A DNA stretch of 56,265 nt, counting the filler, from Sphacelaria rigidula (Eukaryota): assembly GCA_964200075.2 (NCBI GenBank). It is 7 parts of 7 records of this genome, joined end to end, with 100 filler letters (N's around TTAATTAATTAA, not from the genome) between each part and the next. Parts side by side here need not be neighbours in the genome. Positions count along the whole stretch, not along the records: positions 8,054 to 16,006 come from CAXNAA020012864.1; positions 16,107 to 24,059 come from CAXNAA020012865.1; positions 24,160 to 32,111 come from CAXNAA020012866.1; 4 more parts are not named here. The stretch is one strand, 5' to 3'. Shown here one piece after another: positions 13,299 through 25,430 of the stretch. The position numbers and the translations under genes were made by a program. Below the pieces are notes generated by a model. It searched no databases. It had not been told where the DNA came from and saw only the letters and a program-made list of their open reading frames with translations. How positions within the stretch are numbered: the stretch's first letter is position 1; each line of letters starts with the position of its first letter.

Positions 13299-15390
13299 AT
13301 GAGTTCTGCGTATCCCTCTGTCGAAGCGGTTCAAGCGGCGGTGAGGTTCCATTAACCGGTGGTAACGAACAAGCTGTGTATAGGAAGCTGATCTCCGTCG
13401 CAGAGAACTGCCCAGAACATGTGAGGGAGTATGCAGCGGCAGCTGCTGCTGCGTTCGGAAAGGCGTGCTGCACTGTACTATATCTGCGGCGCAACGCCCA
13501 TGCCGTTCGAAGAGAATTTGCCGCTTGCAACAAAGAGGGAAATCGCGGGCGCCACCCCGACCACAAATGGCTGTGGGGCAAGGTGATCGGGACAATATCC
13601 AAGGCCACAAGTGGCGGGCGGCGGTTGCCACATTCTATTGAAAGCTCCCCGCGGCGACTCATACTGCTTGATACATCTATTCATTACCTGATGCGCACAA
13701 CACCCAAATTATAGTGAAGATAGTTTGTACCTGTACCTGAAAATAGATTGGATGAAGCTTTCGGTCTGCCTCTTTGACCCTGCGGTTACATAAATACGTG
13801 GATTTTTAGCAACATGACTTCATTGTTTCATGCATAAGGAGGACACGTCATTCCTAACCAGCCTCATCGGTCGTTATGGAGGCCCAGCCCCGAAAGGGCT
13901 AAGCCCAAAAAGGACTATTTTCAGCTATTTCCAGTCACTTGGGAGTTTCTCACTGTCCATGCAGCGCTCAGCCATAATCACGTTCTTACGGGGGAAATAC
14001 GGAGTGATCGCAGTTGCTTCCAAGGCGATACGGCTTTTCAAAGTCCAGGCAGCGCCCAGGAATGATGGCTATCCTTCTGGGAAATGATTTAGTGCAACTG
14101 TGATGCGATACGGTGGACAATAACACAGTAGGACACGTGGGACACACTCCTCGCTCGAGTTTTTCGATTTGAAGGTTTTGACTTACAACTGCTGGGAAGA
14201 TGTCGCTATATACCCCCCCTACGTCGATACAAACTGGTGTAAGTAGTCATGTTCATTGTTGAGCAGGCGGGGCGCCATGAACGCTTTGATCATAGTGAAT
14301 GAAACGCGGTTCTCCGCGGCATTTGAACACACATCTATGGTCGATGTACAATGCTAATCTGCACAGTCAAACGTCCATGAATCGATGCACCGCGCAACTT
14401 CGTAGCTCTTGTTGTCCGTGCGGAACTTACCGCGAATCCTATGGTGCCGCACCGCAGATTACGATTTCCGCTCTGCCCTCCACCATGATTCGCCCATCCT
14501 GCAAGGTGCAAGTACCACGGAGCACCCGTATCGTGCCGCACGAAGGTAACAAAATCAAATGAAGGTTGAGTTGACGAAGCCATTTTCACCACTTGCTTGA
14601 TATCCATAACTTTCTCGGAAATATATGGTGGGATTATATCGCAACCTTCTTTCGGGAATTCATGATGTTGAGCACCACGTTTCCAGCGGCCGTTTCAGTG
14701 TCCCTCGTGACAGTCCCGAGCCAATTAAGCCGCTTTTCGTGGGCGTATGACGCGAAGATGGCCGACAAGGATGCACGCACACTCAGTCGCGCACAACACA
14801 CAACAGCAGAGACACAACCAAGACACTGAGCGGCGCCCCTGCTGCTGCTGGCAATTGTTGACTTACTGCAGTCCGTCAACGTGGAAAATAAGACCTCAAG
14901 TGATTGTTCAAGCCGCATATCTGCATGTGTGCGCTGTCAAGTACTGAGGTTACGCAACGCACCTCCTGCTGCTGTAATTGTAATGCGGGCGATGCAGTAC
15001 ACCAGAGTAGAGGGACACGGTTCGATACAGCTTGACTGCCTCCGTCTGGACTGCAGCATACAACAGCGAAATTCCAGGCCAGTCCCCGAGACAAATTGGC
15101 CGTGAGTGGAATCACTCATTTGGAGTGACATGAAGCCAATGCTGTACTGGCGGAAAGTTATGCAGTTTTGGCGGGAAATCAATGTAGCGATGACGGCAAC
15201 CCCCGTCTGCTTCAAGTGGGCGAGCACATCGCTCAGGAACCGGAGGGGATGGCTCCTACCCCGGTTTATGTTCGGCTGACACTCGACACGCGGGCGACGG
15301 CACTCATGCACCGGCAGTACGCTCTGCACAAGGCGACCTTGCGTTTTCTTACAGACAAATCTATTCATTGCTATTTTTGTCGGTTATTCT
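13299..15390 (+). pseudogene. Decayed hAT-family transposase
   Basis: Ordered degenerate hAT motifs across frameshifts and stops: PPYVDTNW (about 14214, TRW-like), WDYIATFFREF..SVSLVTVP (about 14630-14720), QAAYLH (about 14910, ATxLDP-like), FWRE..PRLLQV (about 15165-15220, dimerisation-like). GTAC-rich subterminal-like tract at 12580-12790. Confidence 0.4.
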
Positions 15391-16006
15391 GAAGCACCAA
15401 CACCGTTTTGTTCGAATCACTTCACGCAGCGCGACTGCATCGTAGAATGTAGTAAAACACGAGACCGGGAAACCCGCGTCGTGCACGGAAAGAGGAAGGG
15501 AGCGTGGGGGATGGAAGGGGACGCGGGTCCATCGGGTGGAGGTTTTGGCGGAGGTGGTGGCAGCGGCAGCCGCGGTAGGTATGGAGGCGGCGGCGGAGCG
15601 GGAGCAAAAGCGAATGGATAGGCGGCGGTGGCGGAGGCAAGTGGCCGTGTTCACGATGAAATGCGGTGAGGTGAGCACCGTCCGACCCTATCAAGTGCCA
15701 TGTGTGCCACAGTCCTCGGGCGCCCGCAGTAGGGAATGCCCGTGGGGGTGCGCGGGGGTGGGGGCGGGGGCGGCAGCAGAGGTCGCGGCGGTCGCGGGGG
15801 TGGCGGCTGGAGAAATAGCGACGGCAGCGGCAGCGGCAGCGGCGGCAGAAGGGGGGATGCAGCCGGGGAAAGTGGAGAAAGAGAGTGGGCCCAATGGCAG
15901 CGGCGGTGACGGCGGAGGGGGGCGCGCGCGCGCGCGCTGGGGGGGGGGGTATAGTGGATGCGGCAGTAACCTGTCGTTGAGCGGAAGATGTCCAGCGCTT
16001 AACCGG

Positions 16007-16106
16007 NNNNNNNNNNNNNNNNNNNNNNNNNNNNNNNNNNNNNNNNNNNNTTAATTAATTAANNNNNNNNNNNNNNNNNNNNNNNNNNNNNNNNNNNNNN
16101 NNNNNN
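16007..16106. other. Artificial contig spacer
   Basis: Same 100-bp N/TTAATTAATTAA/N linker. Confidence 0.98.
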
Positions 16107-17747
16107 CTTAAAGCGAATGATCAAAGCCACTTTCAATCGTATCATCTACTCTCAATCTCACGAAAACACTGTTTATTGTGCTGGAATGCGAAAAATCGGA
16201 CTTTCGCCAAACGTGAAGGCTTGGCGAAAACATCTCGCCGCTTCATTTTGAGAGAAGGTGCGAAAAAAGTGCGACAACACCTAAAATAAGGACGATCCCC
16301 CAAAAAGATGTGTCGATAATAACAGCCCTGATGTAGAAGGATGATCATATCAGAATCTTGATCGGTTGGATCACAACGACTGACTGTCGCAAGCTGCCAG
16401 AGTGCGCATCCACTCCCCCTTCCCCGCCAGGTACTATAAAACGATGTGGCACTTTTTGCAAGCTCTATGGAACATTCCCGGGGCACGAAGATTTCTTTGA
16501 GGGCGTGTCTTTAAGCGTGTCTTGGCACTTTCGTTTTTGATCGAAAAAGTACGGTCGAATTTGTTTTCGCCGACCTGATAGGTCCACCGCATTTATGTTC
16601 CTAGAAGGCTTCAAGTCAAAATTATTATCAGCGGCGCACGGAGAAGAATTGCTCGAGGTAAAAAGCAATCGTGTTCAATCGAAAACATGCGGTCGAGTGG
16701 CACGAAGCCGCACTTGATCCCTATCTTACAGACCACCACGCCTAATAACACCTGTTCACCAGACCACGCAAACTCCAACCAACCCATTCTCAGCTACCAC
16801 CGCAACCCTGCAGTATAGAGCACGAGTTGAGCACAGGGAGGTACACTGCAGTAGTCGGGTGTGCTTTGTTTTGTTTGTTCGTGGGCGAAACCTTGCGCAT
16901 CTTCTCTCGCTGTAGGGATCAGCAACGGAACTGCGTGGTACGGTGGGCCACCGGTTTGCCCGCACGCTCATGGACAGTGCAGGCAGTACAACGCTACTCG
17001 TTGCTGCAGTCCTTTTCACGTCGCACTGTCAGCAGAGAGAGCTGATAGTCCTGGCCTGTCTGCACTGCACGTTGCCCGCTTCTCTTTTATATCCTACTGT
17101 ACAAAGCACGCACACACGCATTCAAGACAAGGCTTGCGAGCAGTGCAAACAGTACATACTGTCCGTACTGTCACTCGCAGACTGTACGGCATGTCTGTAC
17201 TGTACACGAGTGACCATGTGCCGTTTCACAAATTTCACTGTCTTATATCGATCTAAAGCTTGAAAATCAAAGTGGAATTATTTGCATCAAGACGAGATAT
17301 TTCGCTCAAATCGATTTCACGGTCTCATTTTTTCGATCGAAAAAAAAGGTGCTAGGACACGCTCTGAATGAGACCCATCCTTTTCAATTCCGAAGCGTTT
17401 TCTAGGAGAATAATTCAGGTCCAAACATGAACGGGTCCATCTCAGTCTGGTTCTTGACTGTTCGCTCAATTCAAATCCCAGAAACGTGTTACGGAAGTAT
17501 TCGAATGTATTCTCGAACGTCTGTTCGAACCTAAAATCTAACACTTTCCCCAAGCTTGCGAGCACGGCTTTGATATCATGGAAAGGATTCTGATAGGATT
17601 ATTCTTCTCCCTTACAAGGCTTGCATACGTCGGAGGAGCATGAGTGTGACTCGTGGCACTCACACTCGTTGGGCTGCTCGTTGGCCGTAAACATTCATGG
17701 GCGTTGCTGTGCACATACATACAACAGTTCAAAACAGTGCAGTACGC

Positions 17748-17945
17748 CTCTCCGAATGCAGCAGCAGCTGGCGCTGCATACTCCCTTGCGCGTTCTGGGC
17801 AGTTCTCAGCGACGGAGATCAGCTGTTTATACACAGGTTGTTCATCCCCGTCCACAACATACATATTCATAGTGCTCTGCAAGTCATCGGCAGAGGGATG
17901 AGCAGAATTCATGACGGTATCTCCTTTTGTATTTCAATGGCCCAC
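17748..17945 (-). pseudogene. Exon-like fragment homologous to 13299-13462
   Basis: DGDEQPVYKQLISVAENCPERAREYAAPAAAAFGE vs GGNEQAVYRKLISVAENCPEHVREYAAAAAAAFGK; CCCAG acceptor, and a GC-type donor-like end in both copies; next to a hAT-like terminus at 17615-17700. Confidence 0.55.
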
Positions 17946-18152
17946 CTGGGTTTAGTGCCTCGTGAAAGTGACAACATTGTGGCATGTACACTCCTTCCCG
18001 GTTTTTCCCACTCAACCCTGTGTTAGTGTAACTGCTACATTTTAGGATAGGCTGGCGACCCCAAAAACCTCCTGGGAAATCTCAGGAACTCCATTCTGAA
18101 TGCCAGAAATACAATAAGCCATGCTCCGAGCATCCTGGCTATACTAACCTAG

Positions 18153-18631
18153 GAAGACTTCATACGTCGGACAAGCACGAGTGTGACTCGTGGCTCCCAC
18201 ATTCGTTGTGCTGCTCGTTGGCCGTAAAAATTAATAGGACGAGCAATCGAGTCATGCTCGTTGTGGAAAAAGTGAATAGGGCGAGCACTCGAGTCATTGC
18301 TCGTTGTGGGAAAAATGAATAGGGCGAGCACTCGAGTCATGCTCGTTGTGGAAAAAGTGAATAGGGCGAGCACTCGAGTCATGCTCGTTGTGGAAAAAAG
18401 TCATGGGGCGAGCACTCGCGTCATTGCTCGTTGTGGAAAAAAGTCCTAGGGCGAGCACTCGAGTCATTGCTCGTTGTGGAAAATAATACTAGGGCGAGCA
18501 CTCGAGTCATTGCTCGTTCCGGAAATAATCAATAGGGCGAGCACTCGAGTCGTTTACGTTGTGTTTTCGAAAAACACCCACAAGTGCACTCGTCTAAACG
18601 AGTAATGACTCGTCCGACCTGTGAAGGCTTG
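18153..18631. mobile_element. hAT-like MITE containing a tandem array
   Basis: Imperfect TIRs GAAGACTTCATACGTCGGACAAG / CTCGTCCGACCTGTGAAGGCTTG; left end also present at 17615-17700; no clear TSD. Confidence 0.55.
18232..18552. repeat. Minisatellite, about 7.5 copies of a 42-44-bp unit
   Basis: Unit about TAGGGCGAGCACTCGAGTCAT(T)GCTCGTTGTGGAAAAAGTGAA with an internal CGAGCA..TGCTCG hairpin. Confidence 0.95.
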
Positions 18632-18979
18632 CACAATCGAATTTCAACAGGCTGTCAGTACCTGCAGCAACGAAGTTCCAGTACTCTTACGGGCTGAGCC
18701 TACTACCTACTATTCTCGTTGCTCGAACGCTGTTCTCGGGCAAGACCTTCCTGGTCAGCACTTAACGGCGCGGGTCACCAATGCAATGACAGGAAGTTAG
18801 TCATAGAGCACCCCTCTTCCTACCATATCTCGCCTCAGCTTGGGATGCCTCTCCTCACATGAAAATATTTTGCGACGGACACACGCAAACAGATGAACTA
18901 TGCGTGAGAACGGTCGTACAGCAGAGAAGCTCGATCACAGGATGTAAGCTCCCATTTCGATCAAGCCGGCAAGAGTTAA

Positions 18980-19600
18980 CACACGTGGACAGATAGCACC
19001 CTGTAGGACGTGCTGCACAGGGTTTTCCACAGTCTTTCGTGAGAAACCCTGCATTTCATCTGCAAACCCTAGTACCTCTACCAGCATTTTGCGTAGCGTT
19101 TTTGTCGAAACCCTGCGAACAACACTGTGGAGAGGCCGACCCAATTTTGAAAATTCCAAATTATTTTGGTGCAAAATCTGTCGTTTTATTTACTTTGAAT
19201 AGCTTCTCCTGCTGTCCGAGCTAAGTCTTTTTGCCGGATTCAAATTGGGCAAAAATGAATTCATATCGGACAGCAGGAGAAGCTAGACCCGTGGACGGAT
19301 AGCACCATGTGGGCCGCACTGTGCGGGGTCCGTACAGGGTCCTTCACAGTCTTTCTGAAAAAACCCGGACAGTGAAAATCCAAACCTGTACCCCTCGTAG
19401 CGTTTTTATAGGGTTTTCCCCAGGGTCGGGTTTACAGTCCTGTGTAGGCTTGTCGGCAAAACCCTGCGGAGTCACGTGGTAGTGGTTTGGTAAAAATTCC
19501 TGACGTTTTTCTATCTTGGAAGTTCCAATTACTTTTGTACAAAATCTGTAAATTTATATCTTTTTAATAGCGTATCCTCCTGTCCGAGGTGCATTGCTCT
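18980..19600 (+). mobile_element. Two tandem termini of a CMC/EnSpm-like DNA transposon
   Basis: Ends CACACGTGGACAGATAGCACC (18980) and CCCGTGGACGGATAGCACC (19288) with AAACCCTG subterminal repeats; inverted counterparts end at about 21895 and 23875. Confidence 0.5.
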
Positions 19601-19817
19601 TCACCCGATTTGAATCGAGCGAAAAGTTATTTATTTTGGACAGGACAAGCTATTCGAAACAGATCCTTGTTTCGCCCAATTTATTTCGGCAAAAAAAAAA
19701 ATAACAGCAGAAGAAGCTGTTTAAGATATTTCGAACAGCTTCTATGCTGCGCAAATCCCATGCACACCGGCAGATTTGGAATTTGAACAGAAGAAGAAGC
19801 TCGGAATAAATACTCAC

Positions 19818-20055
19818 TTTGCCCTCTATTTTATCCGGAGATTGGGGGAAAAGATATTGAATGCGAGCAGCGTCAGCTGCTGGGCAAATCCCGCATACTG
19901 CATCGTTACCAGCGCATGGGATCCGACACGCAGAAAACGTTGCTGAAAGGTATTCATCCTTTTGCCCCCCAGTCCATGTGTACATGGGCTGAAGGATGAA
20001 ATGCTCTCCACAGCTTTCGCTGAATAGAGATCCCACACGTTGGATACGTGTGTAT
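19818..20055 (-). pseudogene. BED zinc-finger-like pseudo-exon (hAT-derived), copy 1
   Basis: SNVWDLYS ... (frameshift) ... AVCGIC ... EGK followed by a phase-0 GTGAGT donor; within a segment (19630-20200) duplicated at 21890-22470. Confidence 0.5.
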
Positions 20056-21487
20056 GTCCACACCTGTGCTTCATCTGAAAGCCCTGGGAAGGAGTGGGAA
20101 GATGCTGAACGATCGGGTATACCTCGCCAATCTATGCACATACTTCACAAAAGCCCGTATTCGATAGTCTACCAACACGAACCATGTTCAGAAAACATCC
20201 CTTAATCAATCTTATATTACTAGTATATATCACCGCACACAAATCGAACATCAATGAACACCCGCCCGCACAACAGTATTATTCCGCCCAGCTATACCAC
20301 CACAAGCCTGCAGCAAAGAGCACGGGTTGGGCATAGGGATATAGACACATACACACTGCCGTGCGGGTGGATATGATGAATTTCTCGTTGGTGTAAACTT
20401 GAGCACCTTCTTTCATGGTCGCGACATCGCGCGGAGACGACATACGCGGGGTGCGTATAGGCGGGTGCGAGGAACAATCAACCGGCCGCCTATATATTAT
20501 GCATATACACACTCACCATATACGCATGCTGCGGACGCACCGCGATATATAATATAGTGCAGCATACAGGCCGCGTACGGTATGCTGCACGTTGTTCAAG
20601 TCCTTTTCACGCCGCACTGTAGGTAGAGGACATACATATACATTGTCCTGTGCTGTCTGTACTGTGCTTCTCCCCTTCCCTTTCACGCCCTACTTACTGT
20701 GCTGCATCAGCTGTGCGCAAATATGATGTGGAACGCGCGTGAAAAACTGGAGTTCGTGACGGTATGTAACACCCGCCCTATATATCAAAACAAGCTATTG
20801 CAGGCATCTACATTGTATACATAGCCAGCCATCTGCAGTACATGGCGCCGCACGTATAAGCACGGCGGTATAGCGCATTGTCCCGCATGCAACGGTATTG
20901 TACAGTCCAGTACAGTTTATTGTTGTGAAAATATATCCCGAGGACGCAGTATCAACCGCGCGATGAGATGTTTCATTATTCCCTGTATTTTGTTTTAGTT
21001 TCGTCGGCACGGGACTACGGGGTTTTCATCAGGTATATGCATCCATGACCGAGGTAAATTGCGATCCCTTGTCATGACGTCAGCTGCAACAAAAGCTTGC
21101 GTGCAGTATGTGGGACTTTCACAGCTGAAGCTGCTCGCGAGCAAGCTCTTTCTCCACCCAATATCAGGTATTCTTGGCGGTGTACATATTCCATCTGCTA
21201 TATACAGTGTATATGGGATTATCTGCACAGCTTAAGCTCTTCGAAATGAATCCTTCTTTTCCCCTATTCCAAGTTTGGAATCAGGGTTTATTTCGAATGA
21301 ATCCTTTTTGCCCTATTCCAAGTTTGGGATTAAGATTTATTTCGAACAGCAGAGGCTGTCCAAATGCAGATTTCCGTCACACTTGTGCCTCTTAAAACAA
21401 CTCGGGGGATTTCAGTGTTATTGACACGGACCTTCGAGGGCCCCAAAATTCAGAAGTATGAAGAATACCTCTCGTCCACAACAACTA

Positions 21488-21560
21488 CCGCGCGTAGCTC
21501 CGTGAGTAACCGATTGACTGTATAACAATGAAGTCGAGGGTTCGATTCCCTGTCCAACTC
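21488..21560 (+). pseudogene. Degenerate tRNA(Tyr-GTA)-like sequence, either a pseudo-tRNA or a SINE head
   Basis: TAGCTC A-box-like motif, anticodon arm ATTG-A-CTGTATA-A-CAAT, T arm AGGG-TTCGATT-CCCT, downstream T run; acceptor and D stems do not pair well. Confidence 0.5.
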
Positions 21561-21659
21561 AATCAGTTCTTTTTCCCGCGAGTACCTTGCGCCCGCAGCT
21601 GCATGTGGAGGGTAGTTTTTGTGCGTAAACACACTGCACAGCATTGCCAGCAGCGATGA

Positions 21660-21895
21660 ACTCTCCACGGGGCGACGGAACCCTGTGATGCACACTATTA
21701 ATGACCACTGTAGAGAAACCCTGTGGAGAGGAACGTTGTGATGCACACTATTCATGACCACTTTACGGAAACCCTGTGGAGTGTCCTGTGCTACGCTGGA
21801 AAACACTGTACAGTGAAATTCCCGCGAGAAACACTGCGCAGGGTACGTAAACCCTGTAGACCCCCTCCACAGGGGACTATCTGTCCACTCGTGTA
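21660..21895 (-). mobile_element. CMC/EnSpm-like terminus (inverted)
   Basis: Ends ...GGGGACTATCTGTCCACTCGTG with AACCCTGTG subrepeats. Confidence 0.5.
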
Positions 21896-22112
21896 TCCAA
21901 AACAGATCGTTTTCTCGCCCAACTACTGCAGACAAAGAAAGGATTTATTTCGAACAGCAGAAGAACCTACTCAAAATAGGTTTTGTTTTCGCCCAATGAA
22001 TGTTGGCAAAAAAACGGATTTATTTCAAACAGCGTTTTCTGCTGTAAAAATCCCATGCACACTGGCAGATTTGGAATTTGAACACCAGAAGAAGCTCGAA
22101 GTAAATCTTCAC

Positions 22113-22335
22113 CTTGCCCGCCAATTCATCCGGGAATTGGGCGAAAAGAGAGTTATTGCGAACAGCATCAGCTGTGCAGATCCCGCATACTGCACGGTGA
22201 TCGGCGTATGGGATCCGAGACGCAGAAACAGTTGTTGAAAGTGATTCATCCCCTTGCCCCCCAGTTCATGTACCATTTGGGCTAAAGGATTTACTCTAAA
22301 CCGCTTTTGCCGAATAGAGATCCCACACACTACTC
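22113..22335 (-). pseudogene. BED zinc-finger-like pseudo-exon, copy 2
   Basis: In-frame SSVWDLYSAKAV*SKSFSPNGT*TGGQGDES...HRAVCGIC...LAGK then GTGAAG donor; two internal stops. Confidence 0.55.
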
Positions 22336-22544
22336 ACGAGTGGCTTCGAGGCGACGCTTCCGCTGCAGGCGTGGTAAAGATGCTGGTTCCGCGGAATATA
22401 TTTCGCATATGAACACACATAGCTTTAAAAAAACCCCGCGGTCCAGTGTCTACCAACACAAACCAAGTGCCTTCGAGCAAAGACGCGAAGCAAAACTGAA
22501 AATTGATCGCGGTATTCATGTATGTACTCTGATGGGGATGATAG

Positions 22545-22620
22545 ATAGATGGATTGATTGATTGGTTGATTGACTGCCGCACTTCAACTGACCGCCCAGC
22601 AGGGGTCCGGCCGTGGTCTA
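22545..22620 (-). mobile_element. Retroposon 3' tail family B with (AATC)n tail
   Basis: Reverse complement GACCACGGCCGGACCC..GGTCAGTTGAAGTGCGGC(AATC)n; also at 28670-28737 and 35685-35755. Confidence 0.65.
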
Positions 22621-23659
22621 TATAATTACAAGAATAGAGTGTATAATACCATGCAGGACAGTGCAATACCGCGTGCTTATACGTCAGGTGCTATATACTG
22701 CAGAGTGAGCGCGGCATATGTGCCACGTATGGCTATACAATGTGGATATATGCTGCAACTTATATTTTGATATACAGGAGTTTTATAAACCGTCAAGAGT
22801 ATAACTACAGAGTTCACACAGGACGCGCACGAAAGTGCAGCACGCAGTGAGCGGAGGAGCGAAAGGAAGCGGGGAAAGTACAGTACAGACAGCGCAGGAC
22901 TATATATGTTCTCTGCCTACACTGCGACGTGAAAATGACTTGAACAACGTGCAGCTTCAAACTGACTATGCCTGCACCCATGCATCAAATACATGGGGTG
23001 AGTACGTGCTCTCTATACCCCGCGTGCATATGGTGGTTCGATCCGTCGCCATGCGATGCCGCGCGACCATGAAAGAGGACGCTCGAGATTCCATGCACCA
23101 ACAAGAAATATCTCATACCCAACCACGGCAGTGTATCTATATCCCTGTGCCCAACTCGTGCTCTTTGCTACAGACAGTATATAGGATTGTGCGGTATATA
23201 GCTGAGAACAACAGTGGTATTGTTATGGGTGATTTGCGTGGATCTCCGGTCATGGTCTATGCTATATAATATACAAGTAATTTGAAGTACAAAATTGCTG
23301 GGGTCCTAAAGAGCAACCTCCAGAGGTATATTACACCGGGGAGAGCGCTCTTCCCTGAAAGTTGCCAACAGGCACCCATTTTAAAATTACAAAATAAGGA
23401 CACTCATGTTATCGTTTCAGAAGTTATATGTGTTGATATATCCATTAGAAACCCAGAAATAATGTCCCCGCTAATAACAAGGTATAGGTGGTTCAATGCT
23501 CGGTGCATTCTTCTCCCCACCACACAAGTCCAAGTTCGATATCCACCCCTGTCACAAGTGAGCTGTTTTCTCGCCAGTACTGCACCCGCGCTGCAAGATC
23601 GAGCATATCGCATGCGCACAAAACTCCTGTACAGCATATTAACAGCAATGGATACTACA

Positions 23660-23875
23660 CGGAGTGACGGAACCCTGTGACGCGTCCTGTGGGGCGCAGA
23701 ATAATACCCTATAATCAAATCCCCGCGAGAAACACCACACAGTTTCCCTGAAACCCTGTGAAGCGTCCTGTGAGCCGCAAAACAACACTCTACAGCCAAA
23801 TCCCCGCGAGAAACACTGCACAGTTTTCCTGAATCCTGTATACGTGCCCCACAGGATGCTATTTGTCCACATGTG
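23660..23875 (-). mobile_element. CMC/EnSpm-like terminus (inverted) with an internal duplication of about 80 bp
   Basis: Ends ...GGATGCTATTTGTCCACATGTG; AAATCCCCGCGAGAAACAC occurs twice. Confidence 0.5.
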
Positions 23876-24059
23876 AAGTCACCCGCACGAGGTATCTTTT
23901 CCACTCCGCATACCAAGAAGGTCTACACGAGTGTTTGATCTCGCATATATACATCCCCCAGCTGGGATGTCCCCTGGGGTGTCCCTTCACCTCTAGACTC
24001 TTGGGTTGGCGTCGAGTGGCAACGGCGCTGTAAAACAAGCCACCAAAACCTAGACAAAT

Positions 24060-24159
24060 NNNNNNNNNNNNNNNNNNNNNNNNNNNNNNNNNNNNNNNNN
24101 NNNTTAATTAATTAANNNNNNNNNNNNNNNNNNNNNNNNNNNNNNNNNNNNNNNNNNNN
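24060..24159. other. Artificial contig spacer
   Basis: Same 100-bp linker. Confidence 0.98.
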
Positions 24160-24409
24160 GGGAAGGACATCCAAATAAGATAGCCCACACGAAACACACA
24201 CAAATGAAAGGTCTGGGGGGGATGTTTATGTATGCATCGCAGATCAGCAAAACCGATACAACATGAAAACATTTTCGGCGTCGCACACCGAGCCGGGTGT
24301 GCCGGATCAGCGAACGAAGCCGAGGACATTCGTTGTGCGATCTCATCCCCCTACCCCCTCTAATAAAGACACACACACACGCACACATACACACATACAC
24401 ACACACACG

Positions 24410-24480
<71 letters not shown>
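24160..24480 (+). mobile_element. Probable retroposon 3' end with AATAAA and a long (CA)n tail
   Basis: CCCCTACCCCCTCTAATAAAG immediately followed by about 110 bp of (CA)n. Confidence 0.45.
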
Positions 24481-24481
<1 letters not shown>

Positions 24482-24496
24482 GGAAAAGTGGTTCTG

Positions 24497-24830
24497 AGAG
24501 TCGACGTCGGTTGGCAACGACGCTCCAAAAAACATCACCTACCGCGTAAGCTAGGCAACCAGCTTTCGTTACCACCTTCTTTTGCTTGATGTTTTGGGGG
24601 AGGTACTCGTGGCGGTGGTCGAGCTGGATCACATTTTGTGGGGTGGAGAACTTAAACTCTGCGCAAAGGGGATGATGATACTACGCGGTGTTCAGACACC
24701 CATGGGAAAGTGTGCATCCCGTGGTCGTCTCTGGAAGTGGCGATACCAGAAAATGTAGCAACGCATTCGAAGCTGCCGTCTATCAGCAAGATGATCGATA
24801 CGCTTCGGGCCGAACAATCTTCGCAGGGCA
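24497..24830 (-). repeat. Interspersed repeat family A (inverted)
   Basis: Reverse complement of about 10740-11075. Confidence 0.75.
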
Positions 24831-25019
24831 AACACGGAGTATGAAAAAACCTAAAGCAAGTCGCCAAGCAGCACGCATGCAACATGCAAACGTGGGGAAG
24901 TTCAGTCTGGCCCCCGCAGCCAATCAAACATCAGTAGCAGGCACAACCCCGCGAACACCAAGGATGCGCAAGAAAAAGACCGGATATTTGTTGCTGAACG
25001 TGAAACCGCAGAAGCCTTG

Positions 25020-25430
25020 CTGAGGCCGTTTCTACGGCTCGTAATTGTTTTGGGCTCGTACTCTGCACTTTCGAGAAGCTATACACGGTTTTTGGCCCCA
25101 AAACAGAGGATATCGCCATCACACGCCTTGAACACTTTCCATCGCCCTACCTGGAGGGGTCACTTTTCCGAATCGCAGAGCTCCGACGTAAAAATACCTG
25201 CAGATGCCTCATTTTGTTTTTGCAGCTGTACTCATGTCCAGGGGCCGTTGTCACAACCTCGGAGCCCTGCGAATGGGAAACGTGGGCTAGACCCCTCCCA
25301 GTGGAGAGATGCAAAGTTTCTTCGACGTGTAGTGGCGACATTTTATTGTTTTGCGGCCAAAGCTCGTGCCACATGTCTCGAAAGTGGGAATTTCGAGCCC
25401 ATACAAACGGACCGTAGGAAACGTCCTAAG
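25020..25430. mobile_element. MITE with diverged TIRs of about 85 bp
   Basis: CGTTTCTACGG..GGGCTCG..CACTTTCGAGA..TTTGGCCCCAAAACA mirrored by TGTTTTGCGGCCAAA..TCTCGAAAGTG..CGAGCCC..CCGTAGGAAACG. Confidence 0.6.

Noticed and set aside
15536..16006. 172-aa Ala/Gly-rich ORF as a real gene
   Set aside because: GC-rich trinucleotide low complexity keeps several frames open on both strands; there is no recognisable domain and it is truncated by the spacer.
18232..18552. CRISPR-like array of palindromic repeats
   Set aside because: Units are head-to-tail with no unique spacers, there are no cas genes, and the array sits inside a TIR element in eukaryotic DNA.
24104..24632. His/Thr- and Cys/Val-repeat ORFs
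   Set aside because: They are translations of the (CA)n tail.
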